Part shown: positions 44,073-53,235 of the stretch, in pieces
How the letters are laid out: each line of letters begins with the position of its first letter
Position numbering within the stretch: position 1 is the first letter of the stretch
Assembly: GCA_051362555.1 (NCBI GenBank)
Contig: CM120641.1
Location: 28,960,401 to 29,024,400 of the forward strand
Source: Lingula anatina
Taxonomy: Eukaryota; Animalia; Brachiopoda
DNA: 64,000 nucleotides
Reading direction: 5' to 3'
Position numbers and translations under genes: made by a program
Notes under the pieces: model-generated
What the model saw: the letters and a program-made list of their open reading frames with translations, nothing else
Told to the model about the DNA's origin: nothing
Databases searched by the model: none

Positions 44073-47000
44073 AGAGCAAAGTAACGCAGCACCACAGCTT
44101 TGTATCCAAAAACCAAAATTCAACTCATTATCTGGACATCGGCTAGTTTTATGGAAGAAATTGGAGTGACAGAAATAGTGACGAGATTGTAAAAGTTTAA
44201 GTGAGAGGCGAAAGAGGATAATTTCTACTAATGATTAAAGTCATAATAACTCTTCATTTTGGCCAAAAATTGGATTTTCCTGGAGTAAACGGCAATTTTT
44301 CCGTACTTACCAATGGTCAGCGACCCCATTCCTGCATTCAAAGTTAATCCAGGGTTTTTTTCCTAAACGTACGGTTTTTTGTTAAAATCTCTTAAGAGAT
44401 TTTAACTGACGGAGCTCTCTCTGACATCGCATAGTCACTGTTGACCTACTTAAAACCGCGGGAAAAGCAGACAACAACAACACTATATAAGATTCATGAG
44501 ATATATTCGTCTTTTTGTTAAAAATACATTAATATCCACAATGTGTGCCGTTCTGGGCTTTTTGTTATCCGACGCACTGTACAAAAACTCGCAACTTACG
44601 TCTGCGTCCGCATTAATGCGTTTGGCGCCATATGTTATTTTGGTCTCGAATGAACGCGAGAATCCGCGTGACACCATTACGTCATTAGCAACGAATGCCT
44701 TGATGAAAGCTTCGAAAGCCCTATTGACAAGCACGGATTTTAGTTTTACTACAATAACGGCCGTTTTAGTGGTAAAATACAATAGAATATATTTCCATGC
44801 GTTGTTTACAATGTATTTCATGCGGAATTTTGAATCTCAAAGGAAGAGTTATTATTGCTTTAAACGAGCATACATGCGAGTCCATTTATATTTATTTGCA
44901 AGTCTCGCTTTTTTTTAGCGATCTGTACACGACCACTTTTTTTACAAAAAAAAAAAAAAATAAATAAAAAAATAAAGAAAATTATAGAATATTTTTTATT
45001 CAACTATTATGTACAATTTTGAATATTTACAGTTGATTTAAAAAGGACTAATAATCAGTAATGAACTACGTAAACGCAATGAATTAATACATAGCAGTAT
45101 TATCAAAAGTTCTAAGATTTTCCATCGTCTTCATCTAGCGTCGGAACGCACACAGTCCGATAATGCAGGTCTTGTGGTCGGAAACTGGTACCAGATGCTC
45201 TCGGGCCGTAGGGAAAAACCCGTCTAAACCCTTCGTGGGGAATGCCGGGAGAGTGCCCACGCCCGGATAATTCGGTCCTTATAACATGACGAAATCGGTT
45301 TCTATTGGCACGGCGCTGCGTACAGTTCAAGAATCGTCCCGTTTTAGACAGCATTGTGTGACGGAATAACCTTTGTGTTGACTAACTATTCTCTATATAT
45401 ACTATACACGAGGTGAAGCATAAAAACTTATTAAAGTAATTCTTACAGAAAAAGGCACTGAAGCCAATAAAAAACTAACAAGAGACATAACAATTAAACA
45501 GAATCATTTTGACTTTATCTTGGAGAATTAAAACCATAAATAAAGTTAATCATTTTACAACTGCAAGCATCTTTCAAAACTTGATTATAGTTCTCTTTAT
45601 GATAAAATGCAAACAGATTCAAGTAATATGATTATAACTCGGGAATATCAATGATTTCAACTAAACTTTGATATATAATTCGACTTAAAATACCAGGTTT
45701 CTAAAATGTAACTTTGCACTGAAATCGCAACTACCTGCATGATACAAGTACAGAATAAAGCAAGCTTGCTTCAAAATATTTCGGATCTCACATTACACTG
45801 TATGACCGCCCATGTAAATTTCAATCTGAATTTTTTTGATCCGGAGAAAAGGTGCACATGTGATGAAGTGGATGTATTTGTCAAGTATAACACTTGAGAA
45901 AATCTGAATATTAGTAATGTGATCTCCATCTTGAGAGATGACAGCATCTCTCAAGAAGAGCAGACTGTACAAAAAATATAATGAAATATTTTCTCACACG
46001 TAAAATATTTCATTACAGATTTTGCACAATCTATCAATGTAAAATCTCTTCATGTAAAAGCGTTTACACGAAGTCAGATTTTACAAAGATGTGAGGGTTT
46101 GTTAGTAAGGTTAGTGTGCAGGTTAAGACCTTTTCAAATGCCAAACTGACAAACAACTCCACATCATCAAAAGCACAAATTTGAAAAATGACCATCTCAG
46201 ATTGAAACAAAACACAGACGACCACAAGTGGTGGGAATGTTTTTGTGAGCAAAAAACTATCTGCATTCAGAATGTGGATAAAGCAACCCTATATTCAAAT
46301 TTATTAAGATAATAATTATAGCAACTGTAGAGGTAGACTTTTCCTACAGAAGCACACATCTTATTCAATTGATCTTGTATGGAATGAAGAATTATCTTGA
46401 ACCTCAGTTTTCTCTTCTGTTATTGAAATAAAATGGTTCACTGCATAAGGCATAAAATACAAATGAAATTTGATGCAATTTCACCTTGACATGTTTGTGA
46501 CCCATGAACCCCAAATATTCTCAGCATCCAAAAGACTGATACATTATTAGACTGTATTCCCACTACATTCAGTACTGTATATTGCCTTCATTACCATTCA
46601 ACATTCTTTATATTTGTTTGCAGAACAAGCCGTGTCCTTCAACACCAAAACTCGTGGGATGTCCGAGCATCCATGAAAGTGTCCACAGGGCTCCTTGCTA
46701 ACGCTGTACAGTGTTCAACATCTTGGACATTTGGTCTTGGGTCGACGTTATCTGACATCATGCAGGCGTAATTATTGGAAAACTCCCAATTCGTAGCCTA
46801 CAAATGAAATCCAACTTTTACTCAAAAGTATGAAAAGCTATATCGAAAGCTTGCAGTAACTGCAACAAAGAAAGTATATCACTGGTATTTACACACCGTT
46901 AACATTAATGAAAATATTAAGCTTGGTTCTTAAAATGATCAGAGCGTTATTTCCAAATGTACAGTGAAATATGCTTCCTTTATTGAAATATACATATTAA

Positions 47001-47589
47001 CTTTTTAGAGTAAGTAGACAGCAGTCTTCAAAAAATAAATTATTTCAAACATTTGACAAAAAAGTAAGAAAAGATGTTGCTATATTGAATATTGTAATGT
47101 TAGCCTACATGTTAAATTGTTGACTGTCTGTGCTACTTCTAATTTTACCGTTTGTTTACATAGGATATAGTTTTTGATCACTGTCAATAATAAGAAATGC
47201 CATAATACACCAATAATAATACTTAAAAATTCAGAACCACTTTTCTTAAGTTGTTGATCCCCAATAACTTACAAAGTTATCTGTATAAAGATCCCTCAAT
47301 CCTGAAGAAGTGTTTCATCTGGAGGTTTGGTAGTTGCAATCTTCATTTTTAGAATCCACCACTTTTGGTAGCCTGCAAATTTAAATTATTACTTCAAAAT
47401 GTAATAAAAGTCAACCATTTGCATATGAAATGTATTTTTAAAGTTTCAGCAGTTTGATGGGAAATAAATATAAAAAGCACTTTTGTCACAAACTTGGAAA
47501 AAACATTCAAGCGAAATATTTTGACATGCCACTGGCGACCTTCAGACTTAATGTCACAATGGGGGTATTGCACAAATTAGTTTTAACGA

Positions 47590-47970
47590 AGGAAAAGGAA
47601 CACTAACAGCATTTAAACGACTCTACTCAAAGACAAGTTTAAGTAAAGCCTGAACAATCTAGATCCAGCGGGAGGAGTGTACTAGTATTCCATCAAGTGT
47701 TTAATTTGTGAAGGATTTATATGGGAGAGACAAAGAAAGTTGAACATTAGAGTTAAAGAACATGGGAAGGAATAAGAAAGGGTACCCGAAGAGGGAAAAA
47801 TACACTACAGCCCAAGGTAGCCTTCTGCTACAACGAACCATCACAAAAAAACATTGATTGGGAGAGTGCCAAGATTCTACAAAAAGAAAGTGACTGGAGA
47901 ACAAGAGGCGTAAAGGGAGGCATATAAACCAGGAAAATGCCTAACAATCTGAACAATATAGAGAGATGGA
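47590..47970 (+). mobile_element. Degenerate Penelope-like retroelement fragment (GIY-YIG endonuclease)
   Basis: Broken translation GVY*YSIKCLICEGF/YMGETK../LNIRVKEH ... NIDWESAKILQKESDWRTRGVKGGI*TRKMPNNLN. This matches the PLE GIY-YIG pattern GVVYxIxCxxC..YIGET..L..RxKEH..IDW..AKIL..E..W..RxVKEAI.I. Confidence 0.8.
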
Positions 47971-48052
47971 AATAAATACTCACTTCTACGGTGGCCTTTT
48001 ATTACCACAACCACAGCACTGGAGGTGGGGGTGGTAGCTGCTAGTATACAAT

Positions 48053-48490
48053 TTCTGGACCAGTGACAACGTCCCGGAGTCACATTGGTGGTGGGTGTTG
48101 GGGGCGGTAGCTCCAAGTAATCTGGACCAGTAACCACGCCCTGGAGTCACATTGGTGGTGGTGGGTGGTGGGGGCGGTAGCTCCAAGTAATCTGGACCAC
48201 TGACCACGCCTCGGAGTCACATTGTTGGTGGTGGGTGGTGGGGGCGGTAGCTCCAAGTAATCTGGACCAGTGACCACACCTCGGAGTCACATTGGTGGTG
48301 GTGGGTGGTGGGGGCGGTAGCTCCAAGTAATCTGGACCAGTGACCACACCTCGGAGTCACATTGGTGGTGGTGGGTGGTGGGGGCGGTAGCTCCAAGTAA
48401 TCTGGACCAGTGACCACGCCCTGGAGTCACATTGGTGGTGGTGGGTGGTGGGGGCGGTAGCTCCAAGTGATCTGGACCATTGACAACGTC
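48053..48490. repeat. 70-bp minisatellite, about 6 copies, G-rich on + and C-rich on -
   Basis: Unit tctggaccagtgaccacacctcggagtcacattggtggtggtgggtggtgggggcggtagctccaagtaa. Confidence 0.95.
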
Positions 48491-49950
48491 CTGCAGAATA
48501 TTGAGACTGTTGAGGATCTGAAAGTTGACGAATGGCATGTCAAAATATTTTGTATGAATGATAAGGTTTTTCCACATCTGTGACAAATTAAAAGAGCTTT
48601 TTACCTTTGAAAAATGAGCACTGAATTTGCTAGAGTAAATTGTAAATAGAAAACAAATGCCTGCACCGAGTGACAGGTCCCAAACATTCTTAAAACAATT
48701 GTCTAAGACCTTGCACAAAATGCTCAGTTTGTTGGAGTTGCACTGATAAAAGATTTGTATTATCTATACAATGAATGACAATCTAGTTCATTTACCCTTA
48801 TCCTGTCCCATAACTTACCTTGAATGCTCTCTAATCCCAACTACTGAAGGGCTCTTGAAACACTATGTGATATAGCTGACATGGCTTTCTCCATTTTAGC
48901 CTTGTTAACCTTGTTAAAATGGACCGTCATCAGGACAGGCGCTCGCCAATGCTATCTGCCTCAACTACAAAATAAAAAATTATAAGTCAAAAGTTTCCCT
49001 CTTTACTTCTCCCACCCAAATCCAATCTACTAACCATAAATATCTTAATCCTAGGAGTGGGTCATGGGTAAAAGACATTGCCTTCTGAATGTGAGCTGTC
49101 AAATTAATGTGGCTAATGGTTTTTAGTTTTTCAAGGTATGAAAAATCACTGAAGTGTTTTGTTTTCCCCCAAAAAACATGAGTGATATGTACCTTTTAAG
49201 GCTTGATAGGTTTCCATCTCTGTGAAACGCCATATGCTTCTGATGCTCCCCCATGCAGCCCCCTAACATACAGACCATGGCAGGACTCAACCATGCACCA
49301 AGGATTGAATGTGACCCTCTTCTTGCACCTCTTTCAAAAAAGCGGGACTTTATCAGGAATTGCCCTAATCGAGTTCTGTAAATAGAAAGGAAAATTTGAT
49401 TAGTTTTCAAAAATTGTATATCAAAAGCAGTCTGCAGCCAGAAAAATTGTTGGAATCGGTAGATTTCCAGAATGTGTCAATTTGGTGACATGGCTGTTAG
49501 ATTTTTTCTATAAGTATGAAGAAGAACTTTTGATTTATTTTAAATGTAACTGTTACATCATGATTCGAGAAAAATGTCAAGGTCTTGTTAATACAAATAT
49601 TAATGCAATCCAGTCTAGTCCTATTGAACTTTGTATTCGAACCAGTGAATCAAGATTCAGACATCTATATCTAGTTTTTAGGAAAGAAGGTGGACTGAAT
49701 GGCCAGTAGGGTGAAAAGTTTATGGCACAGACTGCTGCTGAAAAATTAATTTTAGTGTATTGTTCTCGCCAGTAACACGGGTTACCTTGCAGGTTTTTCC
49801 GCCTCAGTGAAACACCATATGCTTCAGACGCTTCTCCAATGCAGCCTCTTCAACAGACCGTGGCAGGACTCACTGGCACCAAGGATTGAGGGATGTATCG
49901 GAAGTGTGCACGTGGCCCTCTTCTCCTTGCAGTTGCCATGAAACGTTGGA

Positions 49951-50428
49951 CAGGACTCGCTGGACGCTTCCTAGTGCAGCCACCTCGTAGACAGGCCATG
50001 GCAGGACTCGCTGGACGCTTCCCCTGTCCAGCCACCTCGTAGACAGGCCATGGCAGGACTCGCTGGACGCTTCCCCAGTGCAGCCACCTCGTAGACAGAC
50101 CATGGCAGGACTCGCTGGACGCTTCCCCAGTGCAGCCACCTCGTAGACAGACCATGGCAGGACTCGCTGGATGCTTCCCCTGTGCCGCCACCTCGTAGAC
50201 AGGCCATGGCAGGACTCGCTGGACGCTTCCCCTGTGCAGCCACCTCGTAGACAGACCATGGCAGGACTCGCTGGACGCTTCCCCAGTGCAGCCACCTCGT
50301 AGACAGACCATGGCAGGACTCGCTGGACGCTCCCCCAGTGCAGCCACCTCGTAGACAGACCATGGCAGGACTCGCTGGACGCTTCCCCAGTGAAGCCACC
50401 TCGTAGAGAGACCATGGCAGGACTCGCT
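49951..50428. repeat. 52-bp GC-rich minisatellite, about 9 copies
   Basis: Unit gcaggactcgctggacgcttccccagtgcagccacctcgtagacagaccatg. It produces the overlapping minus-strand ORFs in all three frames. Confidence 0.95.
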
Positions 50429-50488
50429 GTCTCCAAGGGATGGTCGAAGTAGCTTAAGTGTAGATGTGGGGTGTCTCCTTGCAGTTGT

Positions 50489-52068
50489 GTCCTGTAAACA
50501 GAAATAAAAACGAGATTAGATTTCTTTCATTTCTCAAACTTCCCTTCCAAAAAGAAAAAAAGATTACATACCTTAAGGAGTGTAGTCGAAGTCCCACAGG
50601 TGGCGCCCATCATCTTCTATGTTCTGTAAACAGAATTAAAAAACGAGATTAGATTTCTTTCATTTCTAAAACTCCCCTTCCAAAAAGAAAAAAGATTACA
50701 TACCTTAAGGAGTGTAGTCGAAGTCCCACAGGTGGCGTCCATAATCTTCTATGTCCTGTAAACAGAAATAAAAACGAGATTAGATTTCTTTCATTTCTCA
50801 AACTTCCCTTCCAAAAAGAAAAAAAGATTACATACCTTAAGGAGTGTAGTCGAAGTCCCACAGGTGGCGCCCATCATCTTCTATGTCCTGTAAACAGAAT
50901 TAAAAACGAGATTAGATTTCTTTCATTTCTCAAACTCCCCTTCCAAAAAGATAAAAAGATTACATACCTTAAGGAGTGTAGTCGAAGTCCCACAGGTGGC
51001 GCCCATCATCTTCTATGTCCTGTAAACAGAAATTAAAACGAGATTAGATTTCTTTCACTTCTCAAACTCCCCTTCCAAAAAGAAAAAAAGATTACATACC
51101 TTAAGGAGTGTAGTCGAAGTCCCACAGGTGGCGCCCATCATCTTCTATGTCCTGTAAACAGAAATAAAAACGAGATTACCGAGTAGATTTCTTTCATTTC
51201 TCAAACTTCCCTTCCAAAAAGAAAAAAAGATTACATACCTTAAGGAGTGTAGTCGAAGTCCCACAGGTGGCGCCCATCATCTTCTATGTCCTGTAAACAG
51301 AATTAAAAACGAGATTAGATTTCTTTCATTTCTCAAACTCCCCTTCCAAAAAGAAAAAAAGATTACATACCTTAAGGAGTGTAGTCGAAGTCCCACAGGT
51401 GGCGCCCATCATCTTCTATGTCCTGTAAACAGAAATTAAAACGAGATTAGATTTCTTTCACTTCTCAAACTCCCCTTCCAAAAAGAAAAAAAATTACATA
51501 CCTTAAGGAGTGTAGTCGAAGTCCCACATGTGGCGCCCATCATCTTCTATGTCCTGTAAACAGAAATAAAAACGAGATTAGATTTCTTTCACTTCTCAAA
51601 CTCCCCTTCCAAAAAGAAAAAAAGATTACATACCTTAAGGAGTGTAGTCGAAGTCCCACAGGTGGCGCCCATCATCTTCTATGTCCTGTAAACAGAATTA
51701 AAAACGAGATTAGATTTCTTTCATTTCTCAAACTCCCCTTCCAAAAAGAAAAAAAGATTACATACCTTAAGGAGTGTAGTCGAAGTCCCACTGGTGGCGC
51801 CCATCATCTTCTATGTCCTGTAAACAGAAATAAAAACGAGATTAGATTTCTTTCATTTCTCAAACTCCCCTTCCAAAAAGAAAAAAGATTACATACCTTA
51901 AGGAGTGTAGTCGAAGTCCCACAGGTGGCGCCCATCATCTTCTATGTCCTGTAAACAGAAATAAAAACGAGATTAGATTTCTTTCATTTCTCAAACCCCC
52001 CTTCCAAAAAGAAAAAAAAAGATTACATACCTTAAGGAGTGTAGTCGAAGTCCCACAGGTGGCGCCCA
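50489..52068 (-). repeat. Tandem array of about 132-bp units, each an ~80-nt GT-AG intron plus a 52-nt exon (12 introns, 11 internal exons)
   Basis: Unit on the minus strand: gtatgtaatc...tctaatctcgtttttatttctgtttacag|GACATAGAAGATGATGGGCGCCACCTGTGGGACTTCGACTACACTCCTTAAG|. Exons end at 50572, 50704, 50836, 50968, 51100, 51239, 51371, 51502, 51634, 51766 and 51897. Confidence 0.95.
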
Positions 52069-52423
52069 CCAGTTTGCAGTCTGCTTCCTGGACCTGTAAT
52101 AAAAAGAAACCTGGAAAGCATGGGAATATGCAATGACACTACGACTCCAGCCCACGACAGCAAAAAGGTGAAGTGTCCTGCGAAGATGACCGAGCGACGA
52201 TTCCTCGTGGGGAGAAGCGAAGATTTTAGCTGGCCAGCTAAGAGAAACGCCGAATCCACCGTCTAGACGTCTGCGTGTGCAGGGAACAATATGTCGAAGA
52301 GCGATGCGTTGACGTAGGATGAGTAGAAGATTCGGAGAAATGGGAGTCGACTCCCGTGTCCTTTGTGCTTGATACAGGGCGCAGCACTTGGCATCCGTCC
52401 TGTTGCTCTAGATCTGTCCGCTG

Positions 52424-52462
52424 TTGAGTGAACGCACTTTTAAAATTTTGCGCTTTTATACC
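52424..52462 (-). promoter_or_regulatory. TATA box plus initiator of the putative lncRNA
   Basis: Minus-strand TATAAAAG at 52460-52453. Inr-like TTCACTC with its A at 52429, i.e. the canonical -31 spacing. CpG-rich sequence follows downstream (52140-52430). Confidence 0.6.
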
Positions 52463-53020
52463 TTTTTTTGACGTATAGTCACATGATGGCGTTCTTGTTG
52501 TCACCAATGGTCAACTTGTTCAAAGGGGATGGCCTTTGATAGTGATGCGCAAAGTTGGTAATAATATCTTATCAACATATACATTTTCTTTTATATTTTA
52601 TATTTTGATTATTCTGCCTGTCAGTTTGTTTATAATAAGAGTAATAAGTTCTAAGCAATGTCTGTGAAATGTGCAGGCAAATTTGATGAAAATTTCTGAG
52701 CAACATACCTTCTCCCTAAAATTTTTATAGGTACGATGTCCGTTAAGCTGGTAGCTGTGAACTTCTCGCAGGCTACTTTAGTGTGCGTGTATTTGAACAC
52801 TGATCCAAAATGTGGATAATGTAATTTGGCGTAGGGTGACTGCATTTTTGAGGCAGCCTGAAGGAGTATGGTTGTTCTGATTGTAGTGAATTGTAGAGAG
52901 ACAATTGGAAGTACACTGGACTTAGCATGTTCAGTCACCCAAGTACTCTGAAACACATTTTGTAATCAGCTGACTTGTTATTCTGAAAAATGAAAAAACA
53001 AATTATATTGATTTACAAAA

Positions 53021-53235
53021 CTGGAAGATAGAAGCAGTGGATCATATTACTTATGCCAGGCAGAAGAAACGAGTGAATGTATATGTCTATATTCAAACTG
53101 TCTACTGATTTAGGTAATAATTAATAGCCTGGAAGATAGCAGCAGTGGATCATATTACTAATGCAAGGCAGAAGAAACGAGTGAATGTATATTTTTATAT
53201 TCAAAACGTCTACTGATTTAGGTAATAATTAACAA
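53021..53235. repeat. Tandem duplication of a ~108-bp unit
   Basis: Two copies of ctggaagatag.agcagtggatcatattact.atgc.aggcagaagaaacgagtgaatgtatat...gtctactgatttaggtaataattaa. Confidence 0.9.

Larger units (their letters stand above)
46280..52429 (-). ncRNA. Putative multi-exon, repeat-rich lncRNA (about 18 exons)
   Basis: Canonical minus-strand exons: 52031-52093 (possibly extending up to the TSS), 11 x 52-nt exons between 50572 and 51948, 49786-50491, 49193-49375, 48819-48964, 47984-48490, 47273-47372, and a terminal exon from 46797 with AATAAA at 46300-46305. The 52-nt exons and exon 47273-47372 have stops in all three frames. No expression evidence is available. Confidence 0.6.

Noticed and set aside
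44483-45354. ORFs of 80-140 aa in CpG-rich blocks
   Set aside because: No recognisable homology or supporting splice structure.
45720-46060. Possible LINE 3' ORF2 remnant on the + strand
   Set aside because: Too degraded to support by eye.
47877-48718. Series of MVTGPDYLELPPPP ORFs
   Set aside because: Frame-cycling translations of the 70-bp minisatellite.
49850-50436. Three overlapping 142-188 aa ORFs
   Set aside because: They are a by-product of a stop-free 52-bp repeat (not a multiple of 3), with no domain similarity.
50489-52068. CRISPR-like regular array
   Set aside because: The units are near-identical throughout with no unique spacers, the context is eukaryotic, and there are no cas genes.
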